Of a stretch of DNA of 64,000 bases, positions 30,313 to 39,341 are shown one piece after another. The stretch is from an uncultured bacterium. GTDB taxonomy: Bacteria; Babelota; Babeliae; Babelales; Babelaceae. The notes under the pieces were generated by a model. That model did not search any database, was not told the DNA's origin, and saw only the letters and a list, made by a program, of their open reading frames with translations. Where the stretch lies: contig CAWFXL010000001.1 in NCBI GenBank assembly GCA_963819815.1, positions 192,001-256,000 on the forward strand, written 5' to 3'. Positions within the stretch are counted from its first letter, which is position 1, and each line of letters starts with the position of its first letter. A program made the position numbers and the translations under genes.

Positions 30313-32253
30313 ATGGTTATTCGTTATCTTACCTACGCTTGTTTTTTGACGTCTTTTTATTACCTGCAGGGTGCAGCACTTTTACGCACACCTCTGAGCC
30401 CCTGTAAGCCTGGAATTCTTCAGGCTGTCAAGAACGATGTACATGCACATGTTGAAGAAGTCACTCAGCGGTGTCTTGAAGCAAGTGACCTTCATGCAGC
30501 AGCTGTTGCCGGTGACATACCAAAGACGAGAGATCTAGCTTTATCACATGAAAAAACTCCGCCACGTGTTCTAAGCCCTTTAATGTGTGCACTTGCTCAA
30601 AGACATACCGAAGTTGCTCGACTTCTTTTGAAAATGAGAAGTTTTGAAGTTGCTCAACAGGATCAGTGGGGCCTAACAGCGCTTTTCTATGCACTTAATG
30701 GGAGCACAGATCTTATTGATGAACTTCTTGATCAAGGTGCACATGCGCATCTGAGAGGTGTCCAACTGCTCGACGTTCTCTTCCTTGCGGCTCTCTTTGA
30801 GCAGCAAGATGTCATCGAGAAACTTCGCGAGGTAAGCGCTCAACCAAACATCGAACCTTATGGTAGTAACTTTTTTACATTCGTAAAAAGCGATCTGTTT
30901 AAAGCACTATTTGCTGATGCTTCACAATTCGATACGTTCGATGTCTTCAATTTTGTCGCCCTTACCGGTAAATCAAGGGAGTTTGATCCATCTGGTTCTG
31001 GATGCACCTATACCTGTGAAAAGTTACGGTTCGCTCTTGAAAAGCATCTAAAAAAAACACAGCCAAATAATCTGCCATTGCTTCGAGCGATTCTTGCAAA
31101 TAATCCACAAAGGGTTGCATCACTGATCGAGCGAGGTGCTTTGCCGGTAGCCCATTATCCAGATACCATAAGTCCTATTGACGTTGCCGCTCTAGTTGGT
31201 TCTGCGGAGGTTATAGATAGCCTTGTTACGACAGGCAAGAAAAAGAATAATTTTCACTTTCTTCCGTATCGCTTAGGTGGCGCTGCTCACTTTCTTAGAG
31301 GTCTAAACGGTGAACCTATGCTTACCGAACTTAATCAACTTCACCTTGCTGCTCTTGCATCAAATTGGCCTGCTCTCAGGCAATTGAGTACCTATGGGTT
31401 TACTAGTAATCGAGGTGAGCTAACTCCTCTTCACCTTGCGAGCCAATGGGCAACTCCTGAAACGGTTGCTACGCTTCTTGAGCTCGGGGCGAATGTAAGC
31501 AGTAGGGATGAATCAGGCCTCCTGCCACTTCATTTCGCCATAGATAACATCGATGTGCGTGCTGTAACTGCACTGTTAATCAGGGGAGGCGCATCACTCA
31601 GAGAATTTTTAGACAAGTACTCAACGGGCGCATCTATTACAACAACTCGGCGCAGTTCATCATTAAGAAGCAGTGAATTTATTCGAGGCATTCTCGATGC
31701 CCTTACTGACCTTGACGAAAATAACGGTGCACTATTGATCACTACTCTCCAAGCAGGGGGCATTCCTCAAGTTGCGATGCTTTTGAAAGCGGGTGCTCGA
31801 GCAGATACGCATGATGATCGAGGAAGAACAGTTATTCATCACACGGTAGAAGCATGCTGTAAAAAATCTCTGCGCCCTGAAGATACTTCTGCACTTATTA
31901 AGTTGCTTACTACTCATGGAGCAGACATTGATGCACAAGATGCTCATAATAAAACGGCCCTCAATCGTGCCATTGATCGCCGGTGTATGATGGTTTGGGT
32001 ACCTTTACTTCAAAATAATGCAACGATTTTAAGCTCAACAAAACCTATGAATGAGTGCTACAGTGAGCTCTATGCATTAAAAAACTGCTCTGAAATGATT
32101 GAAGTACACCCAAACTGTAAAAATGAGACCCAGGCTGTTCATCTATGTATCATTGCCAAAAGTCCTTCGTCACTGAAAGTGTTTGACTTCGGGCAAGAAG
32201 GGGCTGCTCTTGGGCTGTTTGTTATTATTTTGTTTTATCTCTGCTGTAGATAA
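30313..32253 (+). CDS. Ankyrin repeat protein with signal peptide and C-terminal TM helix
   Basis: SPLMCAL, GLTALFYA, LTPLHLASQW, GLLPLHFA, HGADIDAQDAHNKTAL; tail ALGLFVIILFYLCCR. Confidence 0.9.
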   Translation: MVIRYLTYACFLTSFYYLQGAALLRTPLSPCKPGILQAVKNDVHAHVEEVTQRCLEASDLHAAAVAGDIPKTRDLALSHEKTPPRVLSPLMCALAQRHTEVARLLLKMRSFEVAQQDQWGLTALFYALNGSTDLIDELLDQGAHAHLRGVQLLDVLFLAALFEQQDVIEKLREVSAQPNIEPYGSNFFTFVKSDLFKALFADASQFDTFDVFNFVALTGKSREFDPSGSGCTYTCEKLRFALEKHLKKTQPNNLPLLRAILANNPQRVASLIERGALPVAHYPDTISPIDVAALVGSAEVIDSLVTTGKKKNNFHFLPYRLGGAAHFLRGLNGEPMLTELNQLHLAALASNWPALRQLSTYGFTSNRGELTPLHLASQWATPETVATLLELGANVSSRDESGLLPLHFAIDNIDVRAVTALLIRGGASLREFLDKYSTGASITTTRRSSSLRSSEFIRGILDALTDLDENNGALLITTLQAGGIPQVAMLLKAGARADTHDDRGRTVIHHTVEACCKKSLRPEDTSALIKLLTTHGADIDAQDAHNKTALNRAIDRRCMMVWVPLLQNNATILSSTKPMNECYSELYALKNCSEMIEVHPNCKNETQAVHLCIIAKSPSSLKVFDFGQEGAALGLFVIILFYLCCR

Positions 32254-32308
32254 ATACAAGGTATCCTTTGCATGGGTGCATGTTGCTATCTATGGTAGCA
32301 TTCGCAAC

Positions 32309-32632
32309 CTAGGATTTTTTATCTTGCAAAAGCTTTGATTCCGACCAGAGAATGGTTGCAAAGTAGGAGGTAGCAGCCATACTGAATCCTGCTCCTGTAT
32401 ATCCAAGCGCAAGCATAAAAAGCTTCCCATGAGATAGGGAAGGTGAATCTTGTGCTTGCCAATATAAATAGGCATACGTTCCCATAAGACAGCATCCTGC
32501 ATAGGTGGTGAGAAACTTTTGAAAGGAACTGTTTTGTTGTGGCGACGGGGTAGTGCGTTCAGATTGAGCTGCCTGGAGTGATAGTGCAATGGTACTTACT
32601 AAAAGGGTACTTACTAAAAAAATACGTTTCAT
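32309..32632 (-). CDS. Small exported or membrane hypothetical protein
   Basis: Signal peptide plus two hydrophobic segments; ATGA overlap with the upstream gene. Confidence 0.7.
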   Translation of the reverse strand: MKRIFLVSTLLVSTIALSLQAAQSERTTPSPQQNSSFQKFLTTYAGCCLMGTYAYLYWQAQDSPSLSHGKLFMLALGYTGAGFSMAATSYFATILWSESKLLQDKKS

Positions 32633-32955
32633 ACATGCCCCTTTATCAAGTGATTAGTGAGGAAAATGGTTTTACTCGAAAGAGTACTCCAAAATACATT
32701 CCCAAGCCCAAAAGAGAGGGTAGCCCCAGTGAGTAAGCAAGTAATCTTTTCTTGGAAATTTGCTCTCCTGAGGTGTATGAAATCAAGTATAGAAAGCCGT
32801 AAGTACTTGCTGAGCTCAACCCGAAATATTTCATGTGCTGTAGTTGTTTTGGAGTTAGAATTTTTTTCGTAGGTTGTTTTTGTAGACTCAGGTAGGGGAT
32901 TGACTGCCCATAGAGGAGTCATACATATAACAAGGAGAAAAAGAACTGCTTTCAC
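32629..32955 (-). CDS. Small exported or membrane hypothetical protein
   Basis: GTG start after AAGGA, signal peptide. Confidence 0.65.
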   Translation of the reverse strand: MKAVLFLLVICMTPLWAVNPLPESTKTTYEKNSNSKTTTAHEIFRVELSKYLRLSILDFIHLRRANFQEKITCLLTGATLSFGLGNVFWSTLSSKTIFLTNHLIKGHV

Positions 32956-33164
32956 GAAGATCCTTGGTAAGTCTATTAAACTAGGTAATGCCTATTAGTA
33001 TGCCGCTCCCCAATCAGTTAGTCAATGCCATTCTATTCACATTGTTAACACCTTCAGAAGCTGAGTTCGGGCATGCGGAAGTACTGCATACGTAGATTTG
33101 CTGGGTGAGCATCATGTTCGTTTGCTCGGTAACTGTGTGTGATCGTAGGTAGTCTTTGAACGGA

Positions 33165-33216
33165 CCTGATTTTTCAGCTTGCACTATTTAGAACACCCGC
33201 CACACTAGTAGCCAAA
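33165..33216. repeat. Degenerate 52-bp direct repeat, left copy
   Basis: 40/52 identical, ungapped, to 34996..35047; offset 1831 bp. Confidence 0.75.
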
Positions 33217-33343
33217 CAAAGAATCTAACATCAATTCGATGACTGAATGATTTTTTTGTAAAATTTATCTCCAAAGCTAACTTATAGTGCATTAATCAAC
33301 AAATATTTACAAAAATATCAACAAATTTTGTAAATTGTGCTCG

Positions 33344-33541
33344 TGTCCGTTATGGAGGTACAAAAAATCAATTTTTAGACTTGCATAACGGACAAAAAAC
33401 CAATAATGAATGATGGTCTTAGGTATATATACTCGGCAGATAGAGGTCAAAACTATTATTCATAAGGTCTTTTTATGACAAAGCAAGCTGTCCTTTACAA
33501 AGTGCTAAAAATCATATAAAGTAGACTAACGTAATGGACAG
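33344..33541. repeat. Two inverted-repeat units upstream of the ATP-binding protein gene
   Basis: TGTCCGTTATG(33344)...CATAACGGACA(33394) and CTGTCCTTTAC(33488)...GTAATGGACAG(33541); both spacers share AAAAATCA...TAGACT; offset about 145 bp. Confidence 0.8.
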
Positions 33542-33566
33542 TTTTTTTAGAAGGGGGGCTGATGCT

Positions 33567-34874
33567 ATGGTTAAGTTGTTTGAAGAGATGATCAGAGAGT
33601 TTCACGCATCCCATATACCAACGCCTAGCAGAAGAGATATCTTTATTCCTAGCTTTCCTGAGCATGTGCGTAAGGCTTTAGTATTTATAGGCATGAGAAG
33701 AAGCGGGAAGACGTGGATGCTCTACCAAGTCATGAAAGATCTCATGGCGCAAGGTGTAGACATAACCAAAATAGTCTACATTAATTTTGAGGATGAGCGC
33801 CTGAGTGATATGCAAAAAAATAATTTTCAGGACATTCTCAAGGCTTATTTTCAGCTTTTTCCAGAGTATACGCACAGAAGAGATATACACTTCTTTTTTG
33901 ACGAAATACATGAAATTCCATTGTGGGAAAAGTTCATTCGGCGTCTGCTGGACCAGGGACATATGAACCTCTACATAACAGGCTCATCATCTAAGATGCT
34001 CAGTAAAGAGATAGCCACATCTTTACGGGATAGAACGTATTCACTCGAGGTCTATCCTTTCAGCTTTGGCGAAGTACTACGGCAAAAAAATATTGCAACA
34101 ACAGAGCCAATCGTGGGTCGCACTAAGAACCAGGTAATACATCAATTAAGAATTTTTCTAGAGAGAGGTGGTTTTCCCGAGGTACTGGATCGCTCTTCGC
34201 AGGAACATCGAAATCTTTTACAAGAGTACACCTCAACTGTTCTTTATCGCGATATAGTCGATAGATATGGGGTTCGAAGCATTCTTGTTCTTAAGCACCT
34301 ATTAACGCATAGCTTAAGAAATAGTGCAACACAGTTTAGTATCACAAAAATGCATAACTCTCTTAAGTCTATGGGCATCGATGCAAGCAGAACTGCGATG
34401 TATGAATTTATGGGTTATTTCGAGGATGCTTACTGCGTTTTTTCGCTCGATAAATACACTATCTCTTTCCGCAAATCATCTCAGAGTGTTAAAAAAATTT
34501 TTGCGGTAGATCAAGGACTGATAACATCAGTAACCATGGCAAGCAAACTTGATGAATCGGCACAACTTGAAACAGCGGTTTTTGCGCATCTTCGTCGCCA
34601 AACATCTCAGTTATTCTACTATCGTTCTTCTGATAATAAAGAGGTAGATTTTATAAGCATTTTAGATGACCAAACAATGCATCTTTATCAAGTTTCGTTA
34701 TCAATAGCAGATGAGGAAACAAGAAAAAGAGAAGTCAGTGCTTTAGAGACAGCTATGAAAGAGCTTCAGATTCAAAGTGGAACGATCATAACACTGGATG
34801 AAAATGAAATAATTACTACTTCATACGGAACGATCTACGTTGTTCCTGCTTGGAAGCTTTTTTTGGGTCTCTAA
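33567..34874 (+). CDS. ATP-binding protein, AAA_14 + DUF4143-type
   Basis: IGMRRSGKT, YINFEDER, FFDEIH, ITGSSSK, GGFPE, KIFAVDQG, KEVDF...YQVS; probable start 33567 after AAGGGGGG. Confidence 0.92.
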   Translation: MVKLFEEMIREFHASHIPTPSRRDIFIPSFPEHVRKALVFIGMRRSGKTWMLYQVMKDLMAQGVDITKIVYINFEDERLSDMQKNNFQDILKAYFQLFPEYTHRRDIHFFFDEIHEIPLWEKFIRRLLDQGHMNLYITGSSSKMLSKEIATSLRDRTYSLEVYPFSFGEVLRQKNIATTEPIVGRTKNQVIHQLRIFLERGGFPEVLDRSSQEHRNLLQEYTSTVLYRDIVDRYGVRSILVLKHLLTHSLRNSATQFSITKMHNSLKSMGIDASRTAMYEFMGYFEDAYCVFSLDKYTISFRKSSQSVKKIFAVDQGLITSVTMASKLDESAQLETAVFAHLRRQTSQLFYYRSSDNKEVDFISILDDQTMHLYQVSLSIADEETRKREVSALETAMKELQIQSGTIITLDENEIITTSYGTIYVVPAWKLFLGL

Positions 34875-34899
34875 AGTCCTCTCAAAATTTTAGTTCATA

Positions 34900-34941
34900 G
34901 CCAGAAAACCCCATGGCTTTTTAAGCCTGGGGATGAATGGC
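34900..34941. mobile_element. Solitary IS200/IS605-like end hairpin; could also act as a terminator
   Basis: GAAAA-CCCCA(T)GGCTT-TTT-AAGCCTGGGG-ATGAATGG, a bulged GC-rich hairpin; no transposase nearby. Confidence 0.5.
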
Positions 34942-34995
34942 AATCCTTACTATTTGCCTAAATAGCAGCTATCAGACTAGGCTCATTTAAACGTG

Positions 34996-35047
34996 CCCGA
35001 CTTTTCAGCTTGCAATTTCTAGAGCTCCCGCTATACTAATAATCAAA
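34996..35047 (+). promoter_or_regulatory. Right copy of the 52-bp repeat, containing the probable promoter of the RING gene
   Basis: TTGCAA-16 nt-TATACT at 35010..35037. Confidence 0.6.
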
Positions 35048-35092
35048 TAGTAATTTAATCAAGAATTGATAATTTCACGTAGAAGAGGATTT

Positions 35093-36950
35093 ATGAATCG
35101 TGTATTTCTCTATGTAGCTCTTATGAGCAGCTTTTCAACATCTGTGCATCTTATGAATGGCTCAAGCATAGCTACTCTTGAGGTGCAGGCATTAGAAGAA
35201 CAAGAAGCTCAAGCTGATATCTGTTCTACCTGCCGTGAATCCCTTGGGCCAGTATTAGAAGTCCTCGTTAAAGAACATAATCAATATATCAAGCTGTCTC
35301 CAGAAGTATTAAAAGCTACTCCTGAAGAGCGTAAAGCTTCTTTGCTGAGGCTCTCAGCCGATCCTGCTATGCCAGCAGCACAGAAACGATTAATTCAAAA
35401 TACAATCCTTCAAGAGCAGGAGCTCTTTGATAAAGTCACGAAAAAATATACGGCAGCTCAAACTCGTTTAAAAAAGATTAAGGAACAGTTACTGAGTGCA
35501 GAGTTTCTGGAGGGTGTGCAAGATGGATTCACTAAAGAGATCACAAAAGCGAGGCAACAGTTGAACTCTCCGGGTATTACTGATGAAGAAAAGGTACCTC
35601 TTAAGGACGATATAGCTAGATGGGAATCGATCAAGAGTGACATTATGAAGTTTAGTGCACTTGTGACAAGCATACGCTCTGCTTCTGAGCAAGAGGATAT
35701 TACTGGAGCACTTGAGCGACGAAATGCTCAAGTTGCCTAGCGTAGAAGCACGGTATAACAAGACTATTGATAGTATGCTTGAAATAGAATTATTAAGAGA
35801 AGCAAAAGAAACCCACTTACATTGTGCACATAGATTCCATAAAGACTGCCTTGATTCCCATTTCAAATCACAAAGCATCACCTTGCCTTCTGTTTCCATG
35901 CAATGTCCTACCTGTAGGGCCGATTTAGATGAGAGTGATCTTCATAGCATTTCAATAGAGCTTACCCTTGATGATTATATTGGCTTTATAAACAATAAGC
36001 TTTGCGATCTTCTCCCTATGACGAACCGCACTCATCTTACTAGGTTTTTAGCAGATCCTCTGCTAGTCGGGGAACTAGAAACCATGCTAGGACTCTCGCG
36101 GGCTGAGGTAGAACAAATCATATCTAAGCTGAAAGAGCTGCTTGCGAGTCTTACTGTTGAGAATCTTATGCAAAAGGGATTTCATGGTCTCATACAAGAA
36201 AAATTTCCGAGCTACTCAAAGGAACACGTAGCTTATGACATCAATCGTCTTGTAAAAACCATTGTCGCCTTACTTAACATACTAACATTCCTGGATGATG
36301 AGTTGTTGTCTGATACCGAGGCTGGGCCAGTTCTTAAGAGTCTTATGCTATTGTTATTAAAGGTACCAGAGCCTCAGCTGCAAGCGGATAGTCCCGCCCT
36401 TTTTCAGAGCATCGTAAATTCTGATGCATTGATACGATGCGGTGTCAACTTAGCGCTGCCTTTCGTTGTGGACGGGATTAATGCTTTTTTGAGCATGCCT
36501 GTAAGGCGTAGCCGCACGGCAATAGTCACTCTGCAAATTATTCATTTCCTTGAATGTCAAGCGAGACAAGATAATCAAATCTTTGTTGAACGTTTACATC
36601 GTTCTTTGTATCCCATAAGGTTAAACGAAGGATCTGCTGCTATTGTTGCAGATCTACTTCTATCTCAAGCTACAGGTGACACATTGCATGAAGCTCTGAG
36701 AAATCTTATCAATCATAATCCGGCTCTTCGTTCCCAAATACGAAGTGCTGCAGCTCTTCACATAGAGCATCAAGAACAAACCCATGCCCAAATTCGAAGA
36801 AGGTTTTGCATGTGTAATCACCAGATTAAGTTTTTTCTTGGAGCTTCACTTTATACATTCATCGTTATTGTGGCGACCCATTTTCTTCGAGACTACATGG
36901 AACAAGCGCATGCATTAAGAACTACTACACAAAACGTGCCATTCTTATAA
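35093..36950 (+). pseudogene. Exported RING-H2 protein with a long helical insertion and C-terminal TM, split by a +1 frameshift at about 35736 (or a sequencing error)
   Basis: CSTC in ORF 35066..35740; CAHRFHKDC...CPTC in ORF 35712..36950; removing one C gives about 618 aa. Confidence 0.78.
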
Positions 36951-37856
36951 AAGGGTTGTCCGATCTTTGCGTTTCTGCGTATTGATATGTTGAACATGCT
37001 TCATTCCATTGCCGACTTCAACATAGTCTAGGCAGAGGAAGGTTGGCAGATGCGATGGTTGAGATTGAGTATCAAGGCCCCGTGAGAGGGCTCTTTTAAG
37101 AAATGCATCTAAGCTTTCAGTATTAATCCGCTCATAAGCATTATTAGTATTTAAATCAAAAAAGGGAAAATAATTTAAGAGGTATAAGGATCGACGCTCC
37201 TTTTTATGGGCCTTTGATTCAGGGCGTTCTCTGCATGCTCGTGCAGGATGGAGAGCTCCCCATTGATTTTCAACAACATGGCGCCATTGATCAAAGCAAT
37301 ATTTTGTTTCACCCGTCGCATTAAAAATAATTAACCGTTTATTAGTCGTCCGCATCCATTCAAAGGTAGGCCAATTTGGTGTGGCTGGATTGGTACGTAG
37401 GATGTAGGTATCAAGGCCCGCCTTTAAAAAGCAGCTGTCGAGAAGGGAAGAGTCTTTTACGTAATTCTCAAGAAATATCGTAAGTACTTCTAAGGGATTA
37501 TCCTCAAGAAACTGACGAATCATTTCAAGTGCCCGCAAAAAGGGCATAGGCTCTTTACCTCGGCAAATAAGCCTTGTGAGAAAGGACGTTTTATGTATAA
37601 GTACGACATCGTTTTTTGACTCACCTATATCGAGCATGAGACCTCGCACACCATACGCAAGCTGCTTTTCGATGCTTAAGCTTTGCTGAGCATAGAGATA
37701 ACCATGCTCAAGTGCTGCATAAGAATTATGTGAGGTGAAATGACACACTTCATCATACCGCAGTTTCCCCTCAAATGGCTCCCAACTGCCGTATACAAAA
37801 TGACAAAAAAAAGCACAAAAAAAGGCCCTCGAAAGGGCTGTAAACAAACTGTTCAT
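36945..37856 (-). CDS. PI-PLC X-domain-like phosphodiesterase, exported
   Basis: FTSHNSY, QLAYGVRGLMLD, FLEDNPLEVLTIFLE, WPT..M...NKRLIIF; start MNSLF after GGGGGAGG. Confidence 0.85.
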   Translation of the reverse strand: MNSLFTALSRAFFCAFFCHFVYGSWEPFEGKLRYDEVCHFTSHNSYAALEHGYLYAQQSLSIEKQLAYGVRGLMLDIGESKNDVVLIHKTSFLTRLICRGKEPMPFLRALEMIRQFLEDNPLEVLTIFLENYVKDSSLLDSCFLKAGLDTYILRTNPATPNWPTFEWMRTTNKRLIIFNATGETKYCFDQWRHVVENQWGALHPARACRERPESKAHKKERRSLYLLNYFPFFDLNTNNAYERINTESLDAFLKRALSRGLDTQSQPSHLPTFLCLDYVEVGNGMKHVQHINTQKRKDRTTLL

Positions 37857-37917
37857 AGTCCCTCCCCCTAGCACTTAGTATAGGCAATAGGGATGAGGAA
37901 ACACAAGAAAAGAATGG

Positions 37918-38595
37918 CTAATCAGAGATATAGTGATAAATCGCTTGCTTGGCAATCCAATCAGCAATAAATGGGAGGCGACACGCAGTGATCAATGAAC
38001 CTGCGATAAGCGTCTTCTGATTAATCTTTTCATCCATGAGGCCACTATAGGTTAAATTAACCGCATAACTGACGGTAGCATCCTCGACGAACCTGCGACC
38101 TATCTCGTATCCTTCATTTATTTTTTCTCCCTCTTTTGGTTCTGAATAGAATCCTATTTTAAAGGGGATTCGATAAATAGCATCAAGTATAGAGGGAATA
38201 CGTAGAGCATCGATTAAGGCACTTTTAATGAGAGCTTTGTGATTAGGCTTTTCGTCCTGCACATACGTCATTGCATAGCCCAGAGCATAACTGGTACCGG
38301 CATCTTCGACATAGGTAGAAGCCAAAGAAAAGAGATTACTTTTCCAGGTGGGCTTTTCTATAAGCTTTGCTGTAGTCTTTTCTGTTGGTTTCTTTGACCT
38401 TGCATCCTCTGATTCCTCCTTTTGAATGGGCCTTCTTTGTTGAAGATAGGCTTTTCTTAGCCGTTTAATGGGGTCGAGCTCTTCTTCAGTCTTTGAAGAA
38501 ATACCCTGTGAGATTTGTACTGGCTCATCTACAGCGTAGAGCTGATGGGCTCCAACGCATGCACCGATGAACAGAACTAGAACTAATTTTTTCAT
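37918..38595 (-). CDS. Exported hypothetical protein with an internal ~46-aa duplication
   Basis: Signal peptide; YVEDAGTSYA...DEKPNHKALI...RIP versus FVEDATVSYA...DEKINQKTLI...RLP. Confidence 0.8.
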   Translation of the reverse strand: MKKLVLVLFIGACVGAHQLYAVDEPVQISQGISSKTEEELDPIKRLRKAYLQQRRPIQKEESEDARSKKPTEKTTAKLIEKPTWKSNLFSLASTYVEDAGTSYALGYAMTYVQDEKPNHKALIKSALIDALRIPSILDAIYRIPFKIGFYSEPKEGEKINEGYEIGRRFVEDATVSYAVNLTYSGLMDEKINQKTLIAGSLITACRLPFIADWIAKQAIYHYISD

Positions 38596-38879
38596 AAGTA
38601 TTTGACCTTCTTAGTAGGGCGAGCCTCTGCGCTTGCCTATATCTCAAGGATACGACAAGCATTTCTTAACGTCAAAAGGCCCATGAATTCTTCTATGGAA
38701 GATGAAAATGGTGGGAAGTTCTATTATTATCATAATCTGGTAGTGCTTTAAAGAGTTGAATCGTTGAAAAATACTTCTCATTGACCATATTCGGATTTGT
38801 CGAAAGTGGGTGGCGGGTGACTCCATACAGTCAGGCATAGGGTTCTGTCAATTGCCCAATACTACTATCTAATAAAGGT

Positions 38880-39341
38880 TTTGACAGTTGCTCAAAGGGT
38901 GTAATTATTAATTTCAGGAAAGGAATTGAGTGGCTTTTGTCTACGATCTTCTTTACTGGCGGCATGATTTGGGAGGAGGTTTTTATGCAAGAAAGAAGGA
39001 GTATTGTGGACTATTGCCCCTCTTAAACCGGGAAGAGGCTGGTTCTATAGGGGGTGGTTTTACCTTCTTGTGCAAATCGGTCTAATCTGTGGGGAAAAGA
39101 TAGGTTTTCGAGGGTCTATGAACCTATTCTTAGGGATGAACGTACTTGGGAAAAGGGGGAGAAAACCCTCGTGGTCCTTGGTAGAAAAATGTTGTGAAAG
39201 GGATAGGTCACCTAGATCAGAAAATCCCTTGAAATCGAATTATTCATGAAAAAAAGTCCTTCCTAAACCCTAAGAATATGATAGAGTAGTGAGTGTTCTT
39301 AACAGGGGTGTTAACAAAACAATTTTTAAGCTAGGTGTACC
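38880..39341. promoter_or_regulatory. dnaA upstream region, possible oriC
   Basis: About 750 bp intergenic gap; only degenerate, co-oriented DnaA-box-like 9-mers at 39005, 39069, 39088 and 39193. Confidence 0.3.

Noticed and set aside
35726..35745. Programmed +1 frameshift at GCC TAG C
   Set aside because: No good tRNA re-pairing (GCC to CCT) and no properly spaced internal Shine-Dalgarno as in prfB; an indel is the simpler explanation.
38644..39249. Short ORFs in the dnaA upstream gap
   Set aside because: No protein-like features or convincing RBS; more likely regulatory DNA.
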